Assembly (NCBI GenBank): GCA_964016885.1 | Contig: OZ024740.1 | Span: forward strand, 2,666,001-2,730,000 | Direction of reading: 5' to 3' | Length of the DNA stretch: 64,000 nt | Source of the DNA: Eledone cirrhosa | Taxonomy: Eukaryota | Shown here: piece after piece, positions 29,301 to 40,785 of the stretch | How the letters are laid out: the number at the start of each line of letters is the position of its first letter | How positions within the stretch are numbered: position 1 is the first letter of the stretch | The notes under the pieces: model-generated | Databases searched by the model: none | Seen by the model: only the letters and a program-made list of their open reading frames with translations | Told to the model about the DNA's origin: nothing | Program-made: the position numbers and the translations under genes

Positions 29301-29913
29301 TTGTCCCCCAAAACGTCGTTATTCAGTAAGCCATCTTTCTTTAACTCGTCTTTCCCCAACACCTCGTTATTCACCAAGCTATCTTTATCTACCCTGTCTT
29401 CTCCCAAAACCTCATTATACACCAACTATCTTTCTCTACCTTGTCTTCCCCCAAAACCTCGTTATTGACCAAGCTATCGTTCTCTATCTTGTCTTCCCCC
29501 GATACTTTGATATTCACGAACCAATCTTTCTCAACCTTGTCTCCCCCAAAACCTCGTTAATAACCAAGCTATCTTTCTCTACCTTTTCTACCCCCAAAAT
29601 ATCGGTATTCACCAAGCTATCTTTCTCTACCTTGTCTTCTCCCAAAACCTCATTATTGACCAAGCTATCTTTCTCTATCATGTCTTCCCCCGAAACTTTG
29701 ATATTCACGAACCAATCTTTCTCAACCTTGTCTCCCCCGAAATCTCGTTATTCACCAAGCTATCTTTCTCTACCTTGTATTTCCGCAAAACGCCGTTATT
29801 CACCAAGCTATCTTTCTCTACCATGACTTCCACCAAAACCTCGTTATTCACCAAGCCATCTTTCTTTAACTCGTCTTTCCCCAACACCTCGTTATTCACC
29901 AAGCTATCTTTAT
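11330..29913. repeat. Two-copy higher-order repeat of satellite A, unit 8,625/8,626 bp (about 181 monomers). Copy 1 is ~11,330-21,240 (9,913 bp including a nested duplication) and copy 2 is ~21,240-29,910
   Basis: Identical ORF pairs at constant offset: 13336/21962, 14219/22845, 16007/24633 (8,626) and 18184/26809, 19103/27728, 21007/29632 (8,625). The rare variant TTTATCGACC at 11371 and 21284 gives an offset of 9,913 = 8,626 + 1,287. Confidence 0.93.
11600..14173. repeat. 1,287-bp (27-monomer) tandem duplication nested in copy 1 of the 8.6-kb HOR
   Basis: ORF pairs 11693/12980, 12049/13336 and 12287/13574 are all offset by 1,287. The sequence match starts at about 11600/12887 and ends at about 12909/14196. 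Confidence 0.92.
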
Positions 29914-32900
29914 CTACCCTGTCTTTCCCAAAAACATCGTTATTCACCAAGCTATCCTTCTCTAACTTGTCTTCCCCCAAAACCTCGTTAGTCACCAAGC
30001 TATCTTACCCTCCTTTGTACCCCCAAAACCTCGTTATTCACCAAGCCCTCTTTCTTTAACTTGTCTTTCCCCAACACCTCGTTATTCAACTAGCTATCTT
30101 TCTTTAACTTGTCTTACCCCACATTTCGTTATTCACCAAGGTATCTTTCTCTACCATGACTTCCGCCAAAACCTCGTTATTCACCAAGCTATCTTTCTCT
30201 ACCCTGTCTTCTCCCAAAACCTCATTATACACCAAGTTATGTTTCTCTACCTTGTCTTCCCCCAAAACCTCGTTAATCACCAAGCTATCTTTCTCTACCT
30301 TTTCTACCCCCAAAATATCGGTATTCACCCAGCTATCTTTCTGTACCTTGATTTCCTCAAAACATCGGTATTCACCAAGCTAACTTTCTCTACCTTGTCT
30401 TCCCCCAAAACATCCTTATTCACTAAGCTATCTTTGTCTACCATGACTTCCCCCAAAACCTCGTTATTCACCAAAGTTATCTTTCTCTAACTTGTATTCC
30501 CCTTAACCCCGTTATTCACCAAGCTATCTTTCTCTACCTTGAATTCCCCCAAAACTTCGTTATTCACCAAGCTATCTTTGTCTACCTTGTCTTCCCCCAA
30601 AAGCTTGTTAATCCCCAAGCTATCTTTCTCTAACTTTTCTACCCCCAAAATCTCGTTATTCACCAAGCTATCTTTCTCTAACTTGTATTCCCCATAACCT
30701 CGTTATTCACCAAGCTATCTTTCTCTACCTTGAATTCCCCCAAAACCTCGTTATTCACCAAGCCATCTTTCTTTAACTCGTCTTTCCCCAACACCACGTT
30801 ATTCACCAAGCTATCTTTATCTACCCTGTCTTTTCCAAAAACATCGTTATTCACCAAGCTATGCTTCTCTAACTTATCTTCCCCCAAAACCTCGTTAGTT
30901 ACCAAGCTATCTTACCCTCCCTTGTACCCCCAAAACCTCGTTATTCACCAAGCCATCTTTCTTTAACTTGTCTTTCCCCAACACCTCGTTATTCACCTAG
31001 CTATCTTTCTTTAACTTGTCTTACCCCAAATTTTGTTATTCACCAAGCTATCTTTCTCTAGCTTGTCTTCCCCCAAAAGCTCGGTATTCACCAAGCTATT
31101 TTTCTCTACCATGACTTCCGCCAAATCCTCGTTATTCACCAAGTGATCTTTCTATAACTTGTATTCCCCAATAACCTCGTTATTCACCAAGTTATCTTTC
31201 TCTACCTTGTCTTCCCCCAAAAGATCATTGTTCACCAAGCTATTTTTCCCTACCTTGTCTTCCACCAAAAAATTCGTTATTCACCAAGCTATCTTACTCT
31301 CCCTTGTCCCCCAAAACCTCGTTATTCAGTAGGCCATCTTTCTTTAACTCGTCTTTCCCCAACACCTCGCTATTCACCAAGCTATCTTTATCTACCCTGT
31401 CTTCTCCCAAAACCTCATTATATACCAACTATCTTTCTCTACCTTGTCTGCCCCCAAAACCTCGTTAATAACCAAGCTATCTTTCTCTACCTTTTCCACC
31501 ACCAAATATCGGTATTCACCAAGCTATCTTTCTCTACCTTGTCTTCCCCCAAAACCTCGTTAATCACCAAGCTATCTTTCTCTACCTTTTCTACCACCAA
31601 AATCTCGGTATTCACCAAGCTATCTTTCTGTACCTTGATTTCCCCAAAACCTCGTTATTCACCAAACTATCCTTCTCTACCTTGTCTTCCCCCAAAACCT
31701 CGTTATTCACCAAGCTATCTTACTATCCCTCCCACTCCAAAAACCTCGTTATTCACCAAGCCATCTTTCGTTAACTTTTCTTTCCCTAACACCTCGTTAT
31801 TCACCAAGCTATCTTTATCTACCCTGTCTTCTCCCCAAATCTCGTTAATCACCAAGCTATCTTTCTCTACCTTTTCTACCCACAAAATCTCGGTATTCAC
31901 CACGCTATCTTTCTGTTCCTTGATTTCCCCAAAACCTCGTTATTCACCAAGCTATCCTTCTCTACCTTGTCTTCCTCCAAAACCTCATTATTCACCAAGC
32001 TATCTTACTCTACCTTGTCCCCCCAAAACCTCGTTATTTACCAAGCCATCTTTCTTTACCTTGACTTTCCCCAACACCTCGTTATTCACCAAGCTATCTT
32101 TCTCTACCTTGTCTTCCGCAAAACCTCGTTATTCACCAAGCTATCTCATCCTACGTTGACTTCCCCCCAAAACATCGTTATTCATCAAGCCATCTTTCTC
32201 TAGCTTGTCTTCCCCCAAAATCTGGGTATTCACCAAGATATCTTTCTGGACCTAGATTTATCCAAAACCTCATTATTCACCAAGATATCTTTCTCTAACT
32301 TGTCTTTCCCTAAAACATCTGTATTCCCCAAGCAATGCCTTTCTACCTTGTCTTTCCTCAAAACCTCGTTATTCTCCAAGCTATCTTACTCTCCCTTGTC
32401 ACCCCAAAACCTCGTAATTCACCAAGTCACCTTTCTTTAACTAGTTATTTCCCCACAACCTCGTTATTCACCAAGCTATCTTTATCTACCCTGTCTTCTC
32501 CCAAAACCTCATTATTGACCAAGCTATCTTTCTCTATCTTGTCTTCCCCCGAAACTTTGATATTCACCAACCAATCTTTCTCAACCTTGTCTTCCCCAAA
32601 ATCTCGTTATTCACGAAGCTATCTTTCTCTACCTTGTCTTTCCGCAAAACGCCGTTATTCACCAAGCTATCTTTCTCTACCTTGTCTTCTCCCAAAACCT
32701 CATTATTCACCAAGCTATCTTTCTCTACCGTGTCGTCCCCGAAAGCTTCGTTATTCACAACGCAATATTTCTCTACCTTGTCTTCCCCAATAACCTCGTT
32801 ATTCACCAAGTTATCTTTCTCTACCTTTACTTCCCCGAAAACATCGTTATTCACCAAGCCATCTTTCTCTACCATGACTTCCACCAAAACCTCGTTATTC

Positions 32901-34825
32901 ACCAAGTTAACTTTCTCTAACTTGTATTCCCCATAACCTCGTTATTCACCAAGCTATCTTTCTCTACCTTGAATTCCCCCAAAACCTCGTTATTCACCAA
33001 GCCATCTTTCTTTAACTCGTCTTTCCCCAACACCTCGTTATTCACCAAGCTATCTTTATCTACCCTGTCTTTCCCCAGAACATCGTTATTCACCAAGCTA
33101 TGCTTCTCTAACTTGTCTTCCCCCAAAACCTCGTTAGTCACCAAGCTATCTTACCCTCCCTTCGACCCCCAAAACCTCGTTATTCACCAAGCCATCTTTC
33201 TTTAACTTATCTTTCCCTAACACCTCGTTATTCACCTAGCTATCTTTCTTTAACTTGTCTTACCCCAAATTTCGTTATTCACCAAGCTATCTTTCTCTAG
33301 CTTGTCTTCCCCCAAAAGCTCGTTATTCACCAAGCTATCTTTATCTACCCTGTCTTTCCCAAAAACATCGTTATTCACCAAGCTATCCTTCTCTAACTTG
33401 TCTTCCCCCAAAACCTCGTTAGTCACCAAGCTATCTTACCCTCCCTTGTACCCCCAAAACCTCGTTATTCACCAAGCCCTCTTTCTTTAACTTGTCTTTC
33501 CCCAACACCTCGTTATTCAACTAGCTATCTTTCTTTAACTTGTCTTACCCCAAATTTCGTTATTCACCAAGGTATCTTTCTGTACCATGACTTCCGCCAA
33601 AACCTCGTTATTCACCAAGCTATCTTTCTCTACCCTGTCTTCTCCCAAAACCTCATTATACACCAAGTTATGTTTCTCTACCTTGTCTTCCCCCAAAACC
33701 TCGTTAATCACCAAGCTATTTTTCTCTACCTTTTCTACCCCCAAAATATCGGTATTCACCAAGCTATCTTTCTGTACCTTGATTTCCCCAAAACATCGGT
33801 ATTCACCAAGCTAACTTTCTCTACCTTGTCTTCCCCCAAAACATCCTTATTCACTAAGCTATCTTTGTCTACCATGACTTCCCCCAAAACCTCGTTATTC
33901 ACCAAAGTTATCTTTCTGTACCTTGATTTCCCCAAAACCTCCGTATTCACCAAGCTATCTTTCTCTACCTTGTCTTCCCCAATAACCTCGTTATTCACCA
34001 AGTTACCTTTCTCTACCTTTACTTCCCCGAAAACATCGTTATTCACCGAGCCATCTTTCTCTACCATGACTTCCACCAAAACCTCGTTATTCACCAAGTT
34101 AACTATCTCTACCTTGTCTTTCCGCAAAACGCCGTTATTCACCAAGCTATCTTTCTCTACCATGACTTCCACCAAAACCTCGTTATTCACCAAGCCATCT
34201 TTCTTTAACTCGTCTTTCCCCAACACCTCGTTATTCACCAAGCTATCTTTATCTACCCTGTCTTTCCCAAAAACATCGTTATTCACCAAGCTATCCTTCT
34301 CTAACTTGTCTTCCCCCAAAACATCGTTAGTCACCAAGCTATCTTGCCCTCCCTTGTAACCCCAAAACCTCGTTATTCACCAAGCCCTCTTTCTTTAACT
34401 TGTCTTTCCCCAACACCTCGTTATTCAACAAGCCATCTTTCTTTAACTTGTCTTACCCCAAATTTCGTTATTCACCAAGCTATCTTTCTCTACCATGACT
34501 TCTGCCAAAACCTCGTTATTCACCAAGCTATCTTTCTCTACCCTGTCTTCTCCCAAAACCTCATTATACACCAAGTTATGTTTCTCTACCTTGTCTTCCC
34601 CCAAAACCTCGTTAATCACCAAGCTCTCTTTCTCTACCTTTTCTACCCCAAAAATATCGGTATTCACCAAGCTATCTTTCTGTACCTTGATTTCCCCAAA
34701 ACATCGGTATTCACCAAGCTAACTTTGTCTACCTTGTCTTCCCCCAAAACATCCTTATTCACTAAGCTATCTTTGTCTACCATGACTTCCCCCAAAACCT
34801 CGTTATTCACCAAAGTTATCTTTCT
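29890..34825. repeat. Three dispersed copies of a ~600-bp monomer block (about 29,890-30,485, 33,320-33,915, 34,230-34,825)
   Basis: A rare 1-bp insertion CACCAAAGTTATC near 30470, 33900 and 34808. ORF triplet 30156/33587/34495 (offsets 3,431 and 908). Confidence 0.8.
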
Positions 34826-37651
34826 CTAACTTGTATTCCCCATAACCTCGTTATTCACCAAGCTATCTTTCTCTACTTTGAATTCCCCCAAAACTTCGTT
34901 ATTCACCAAGCTATCTTTGTCTACCTTGTCTTCCCCCAAAAGCTCGTTAATCCCCAAGCTATCTTTCTCTATCTTGTCTTCCCCCGAACCTTTGATATTC
35001 ACCAACCAATCTTTTTCAACCTTGTCTTCCCCAAAATCTCGTTATTCACCAAGCTATCTTTCTCTACCTTGTCTTTCCGCAAAACGCCGTTATTCACCAA
35101 GCTATCTTTCTCTACCTTGTCTTCTCCCAAAACCTCATTATTCACCAAGCTATCTTTCTCTACCGTGTCGTCCCCGAAAGCTTCGTTATTCACCACGCAA
35201 TATTTCTCTACCTTGTCTTCCCCGAAAACCTCGTTATTCCCCAGCTATCTTACACTACCTTGTCCCCCCAAAACCTCGTTATTCACCAAGCTATCTTTCT
35301 CTACTTTGCCGTCCCCAAAATCCACGTTATTCAGCAAGCTATCTTTCTCTACCTTGTCTTCCCCAATAACCTCGCTTTTCACCAAGCTATCTTTCGCTAC
35401 CTTGACTTCCCCCCAAACCTCGTTATTCACCAAGCTATCTTTCCCCACTTTGACTTCCCCCAAAATATCGTTATTTAGCACGCTATCTTTCTCTACCTTG
35501 ACTTCCCCCAAAACCTCGTTATTCACCAAGTTATCTTTCTCTAACTTGTAGTCCCCATAACCTCGTTATTCACCAAGCTATCTTTCTCTACCTTGTCTTC
35601 CCCCAAAACATCGTTGTTCACCAAGCTATTTTTCTCTACCTCGTCTTCCCCCAAACCCTCGTTATTCACCAAGCTATCTTTCTGTACCTTGAATTCCCCT
35701 AAAACCTCTTTATTCACCACGCAATCTTTCTCTACCTTGACTCCCCAAAAACCTCTTTATTCACCCAGCTATCTTTCCCTACCTTGTCTTCCCCAAAACC
35801 TCGTTATTCGCGAAGCTATCTTTCTCAACCTTGTCTTCCCCCAAACCTCTTTATTCACCAAGCTACCTTTCCCTACCTTGTCTTCCCCCAAAACCTCGTT
35901 ATTCACAAATATATCTTCCTCTGTCTTGTCTTCCATAAACACCTCGTTATTCACCAAGCTATCTTTCTCTACCTTGTCCTCCGCCAAAATTTCGTTATTC
36001 ACCAAGCCATATTTCTCTACCTTGTTTTCCCCCAAAACCTCGTTATTCACAAAGATATCTTCCTCTTATGCCTTGTCTTCCAGCAAAAGCTCGTTATTCA
36101 CCAAGTTATTTATCTCTACCTTGTCTTCCCCAAAACCTCCTTATTCACCAAGCTATCTTTCTCTACCTTATATTCCCCGAAAATCTCGTTATTCACCAAG
36201 CAATCTTTCTTTACCTTGTCTTACCCAAAATTTCGTTAATCACAAAGCTATCTTTCTCTAGCGTGTCTTCCCCCCAAAATCTCGGTATTCACCAAGCTAT
36301 CTTTCTGTACCTAGTTTTACCTAAAACCTCGTTATTCAACAAGCTATCTTTCTCTACCTTGACATCCCCCTAAAACCTCGTTATTCACCACGCTATCTTT
36401 CTCTACCTTGAATTCCCCCAAAATCTCTTTATTCACCAAGGTATCTTTCTCTACCTCGTCTTCCCCAAAACTTCGTTATTCACCAAGCTATCGTTCTCTA
36501 CCTTGCCTTCCCCCAAAACCTCGTTATTCACCAAGCTATCTTTCTCTACCTTGCTTTCCCCCCAAACCTTGTTATTTACCAAGCTAACTTTCTCTACCGT
36601 GACTTGCCCCAAAACCACGTGACTCAACAAGCTATCTATCTCTACCTTGTCTTTCCCAAAACTTCGTTATGAACCAAGCTATCTTTCTCTACCTTGTCTC
36701 CCCACAAAACCTCGTTATTCACCAAGCTATCTTTCTCTACCTTTTCTTCCACCAAAACCACGTTATTTACCAAGCTATCTTTCTCAACCTTGTCTTTCAC
36801 CAAAACCTCGTTATTCACTAAGCTATCCTTCTCAATCTTGTCTTCCCCAAAACATTGTTATTCACCAAGCTATCTTTTCTAAATTGTCCTCCCCCAAATC
36901 TTCGTTATTCACCAAGCTATCTTTCTCAACCTATTCTTCCCCAAAACCTCTTTATTCACCAAGCTATCTTTCTCTACCTTGTCATTTCGCAAAACGTCTT
37001 TATTTCCCAAGCTATCTTTCTCTACCTTGTCTTCCCCCAAAACCTCGGTATTCACCAAGCTATCTTTCTCTACCTTGTATTCCCCCAAACCTTGTTATTC
37101 ACCAGGCTATCTTTCTCTCCCTTTTATTACCCCAACACCTCGTTATTCACCATGCTATCCTTCTTTACCTTGTCTTACACCAAATTTCGTTATTCACCAA
37201 GCTATCTTTCTCTACCTTGTCTTCCCCCAAAACCTTGTTATTCATAAAGCTATCTTTCTCTACCTTGTCTTCCCCCAAATCCTCGTTATCCACCAAGCCA
37301 TCTTTCTCTAAATTGTATTGCCCCAAAATCAAATAGAGTGGTAGAATTGTTAGAACGTCAGATAGAATGACAGACGTTAGAATGTCAGGTAGAATAGTAG
37401 AATTTTTAGAACATAAGATAGAATGGTAGAGTTGTTAGAACGTTAGATAGAATGGTAGAGGTGTTAGAACGTCAGATAGAAGGGTAGAGTGGTTAGAAGG
37501 TCAGATATAATGGTGGAGTTGTTAGAACGTCAGATAGAATGTTAGACGTTAGAAGGTCAGCTAGAATGGCAGAGGTTAGAACGTCAGATAGAATGGTAGA
37601 TTGGTTAGAACGTCAAATAGAATGGTAGAGTGGTTAGAACGTCAGATAGAA

Positions 37652-38060
37652 TGGCAGACGTTAGAGGCTCAGATAGAATGGTAGAGTGGTTAGAACGTCA
37701 GATAGAATGGTAGAGTGGTTAGAACGTCAGATAGAATGCTAGAGTTGTTAGAACGTCAGATAGAATGGTAGAATGGTTAGAACGAGAGATAGAATGGTCG
37801 AGTTGTTAGAACGTCAAATAGAATGGTAGAGTTGTTAGAACGTCAGATAGAATGGTAGAGCGGTTAGAACGTCACATAGAGTGGCAGACGTTAGAGGCTC
37901 AGATAGAATGGTAGAGTGGTTAGAACGTCAGATAGAATGGTAGAGTGGTTAGAACGTCAGATAGAATGCTAGAGTTGTTAGAACGTCAGATAGAATGGTA
38001 GAATGGTTAGAACGAGAGATAGAATGGTCGAGTTGTTAGAACGTCAAATAGAATGGTAGA
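37652..38060. repeat. 230-bp-offset (8-monomer) local duplication near the start of satellite B
   Basis: TGGCAGACGTTAGAGGCTCAG at 37652 and 37882, followed by the same AATGCTAG, AACGAGAG and GGTCGAG variants. Confidence 0.85.
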
Positions 38061-38104
38061 GTGGTTAGAACGTCTGATAGAATGGTAGAGTTGGTAGAAC
38101 CTCA

Positions 38105-38845
38105 GATAGAATGGCAGAGTTGTTAGAACGTCAGATAGAATAGTAGAGTTGTTAGAACGTCAGATAGAATGGTAGAGTAGTTAGAACGTCAGGTTGAATG
38201 GTAGAGTTGTTAGAATGTCAGATAGGATAGTTGAGTGATTAGAACGCCAGGTAGAATGTTAGTGTTGTTAGAACGTGTGATAGAATGGCAGAGTTGTTAG
38301 AACGTGTGATAGTATGGAAGATTTGTTAGAACGTCAGATAGAATGGTAGAGTTGTTAGAACGTCAGATAGAATGGTAGAGCGGTTAGAACGTCACATAGA
38401 GTGACAGACGTTAGAGGTTCAGATAGAATGGTAGAGTGGTTAGAACGTCTGATAGAATGGTAGAGTTGTTAGAACGTCTGGTAGAATGGTAGAGTTGTTA
38501 GAACGTCAGATAGAATGGTAGAGTGGTTAGAACGTGAGATAGAATGGTAGAGTTGTTAGAACCTCAGATAGAATGGTAGAGTGGTTATAACGTGTGATAG
38601 AATGGCAGAGTTGTTAGAACGTCAGATAGAATAGTAGAGTTGTTAGAACGTCAGATAGAATGGTAGAGTAGTTAGAACGTCAGGTTGAATGGTAGAGTTG
38701 TTAGAATGTCAGATAGGATAGTAGAGTGATTAGAACGCCAGGTAGAATGTTAGTGTTGTTAGAACGTGTGATAGAATGGCAGAGTTGTTAGAACGTGTGA
38801 TAGTATGGAAGATTTGTTAGAACGTCAGATAGAATGGTAGAGTGG
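38105..38845. repeat. ~245-bp block duplicated at 491-bp offset in satellite B
   Basis: CAGGTTGAATG at 38190 and 38681, each followed by AACGCCAGG and TAGTATGGAAGATTTG variants. Confidence 0.82.
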
Positions 38846-39349
38846 TTAGAACGTCAGATAGAATGGTAGAGTGGTTATAACGTGTAATAGAATGTCAGAG
38901 TTGTTAGAACGTGAGATAGATGGTAGAGTGGTTAGAACGTCAGATAGAATGGTAGAGTTGTTAGAACGTGTGATAGAATGGCAGAGTTGTTATAACGTCA
39001 GATAGAATGGCAGTGTTGTTAGAACGTCAGGAAGAATGTTAGAGTTGTTAGAACGTGTGATAGATTGACGGACGTTAGAAGGTCAGATAGAATGGCAGAC
39101 ATTAGAACGTCTGAGAGAATGGTAGAGTTGTTAGAATGGTAGAGTGGTAAGAACGTCAAGTAGAATAGTAGACTGGTTACAACGTCAGATAGAATGGTAG
39201 AGTTGTTAGAACGTCAGATAGAATGGTAGAGATGTTACAACGTCAGATAGAATGGTGGAGTTGTTAGAACGTCAAGTAGAATATGAGACTGGTTAGAACG
39301 TCAGATAGAATGGTAGAGTGTTTTGAACGTCGGATAGAATGGTAGAGTT

Positions 39350-40785
39350 GTTAGAACGTCAGGTAGGATGGTAGAATTGTTAGAACTTCAGATAGAATGG
39401 TAGAGTGATAAGAATGTCAGATAGAATGGTATAGAGGTTAGATTGTCAGTTAGAATCGTAGAGTTGTTAGAACGTCAGGTAGAATGTTAGTGTTGTTAGA
39501 ACATCAGATAGAATGGTAGAGTTGTTAGAACGTCAGATAGAATGGCAGTATTGTTAGAACGTCAGGTAGAATGTTAGAGTTGTTAGAACTTCAGATAGAA
39601 TGGTAGAGTGGTTAGAACGTCAGATAGAATGGTAGAGTGGTTATAACGTGCGATAGAATGTCAGAATTGTTAGAACGTCAGATAGAATGGTAGAGTTGTT
39701 AGAACGTCAGATAAAATGGTAGAGTGGTTAGATCGTCAGATAGAATGGTGGAGTTGTTAGAACGTCAGATAGAATGGCAGTGTTGTTAGAACGTCAGGTA
39801 GAATGTTAGAGTGGTTAGAACGTCAAGTAGAATAGTAGACTGGTTAGAACGTCAGATAGAATGGTAGAGTTTTTAGAATGTAAGATAGAATGGTAGTGAT
39901 GTTATAACGTCAGGTAGAATGGTAGAGTTGTTAGAACGTCAAATAGAATAGTAGACTGGTTAGAACGTCAGATAGAACGGTAGAGTTTTTAGAACGTCAG
40001 ATAGAATGGTAGTGATGTTATAACGTCAGATAGAACGGTAGAGTTGTTAGAACGTCAGATACAATGGTAGAGTTGTTAGAACGTCAGATAGAAGGGTAGA
40101 GTGGTTAGAAAGTCAGATAGAATGATGGAGTTGTTAGAACGTCAAGTAGAATTGTAGACTGGTTAGAACGTCAGATAGAATGGTAGAGTGGTTAGAAGGT
40201 CAGATATAATGTAGAGATGTTAGAACGTCAGATAGAATGGTAGACTGGTTTGAACGTCAGATAGGATAGTAGAGTGGTTAAAACATCAGATAGAGTTGTT
40301 AGAATGGTTATAACGTGTGATAGAATGGCACAGTTGTTAGAACGTCATATAGAATGGTAGAGTTGTAAGAACGTCAGGTAGGATGGTAGAATTGTTAGAA
40401 CTTCAGATAGAATGGTAGAGTGATTAGAATGTCAGATAGAATGGTAGAGTGGTTAGATTGTCAGTTAGAATCGTAGAGTTGTTAGAACGTCAGGTAGAAT
40501 GTTAGTGTTGTTAGAACAGCAGATAGAATGGTAGAGTTGTTAGAACGTCAGATAGAATGGCAGTGTTGTCAGAACGTCAGGTAGAATGTTAGAGTTGTTA
40601 GAACTTCAGATAGAATGGTAGAGTGGTTAGAACGTCAGATAGAATGGTAGAGTGGTTATAACGTGCGATAGAATGTCAGAATTTTTAGAACGTCAGATAG
40701 AATGGTAGAGTTGTTAGAACGTCAGATAGAATGGTAGAGTGGTTAGATCGTCAGATAGAATGGTGGAGTTGTTAGAACGTCAGGT
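39350..40785. repeat. ~420-bp block duplicated at 1,015-bp offset in satellite B
   Basis: GATTGTCAGTTAGAATCGTAG at 39441 and 40456. ACGTGCGATAG and TAGATCGTCAG variants are repeated in both copies. Confidence 0.8.

Larger units (their letters stand above)
1..37330. repeat. Satellite A: tandem array of 47/48-bp monomers (roughly 780 copies), running off the left window edge
   Basis: Core CGTTATTCACCAAGCTATCTTTCTCTACCTTGTCTTCCCC(C)AAAAC recurs every 47-48 bp without interruption. Length variation is mostly in the C/A homopolymer run. Consensus composition A10 C18 G3 T17. Copy number is estimated as length divided by about 47.7. Confidence 0.98.

Noticed and set aside
1-37330. CRISPR-like pattern of a conserved ~30-bp core alternating with a variable segment
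   Set aside because: The variable segments are short homologous variants of one sequence, not unique spacers. There is no leader and no cas gene.
1-37330. CENP-B box in the (C/T)TCGTTATTCACCAAG segment
   Set aside because: Only the TTCG part matches, and only in some variants. The required A and CGGG positions of NTTCGNNNNANNCGGGN are absent.
1-37330. G-quadruplex or i-motif array from the C4-C5 runs
   Set aside because: There is only one long C-run per 48 bp, so loops would be about 43 nt, which does not fit a canonical intramolecular motif.
7-37336. The many ORFs in the track, up to 626 aa (5501-7381), as protein-coding genes
   Set aside because: They overlap in all three + frames and one - frame, consist only of translated monomer, switch peptide type at 47-bp monomers, mostly begin at non-ATG codons and have no unique domain.
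7-37336. YSPSY repeats resembling the RNA polymerase II CTD heptad (YSPTSPS) or extensin-like proteins
   Set aside because: The period is 16 aa rather than 7, the match is only the translation of TATTCACCAAGCTAT, and there is no polymerase or signal-peptide context.
37300-37370. Transposon end or insertion site at the junction
   Set aside because: No terminal inverted repeat, LTR end, poly(A) tail, target-site duplication or non-satellite bases are visible.
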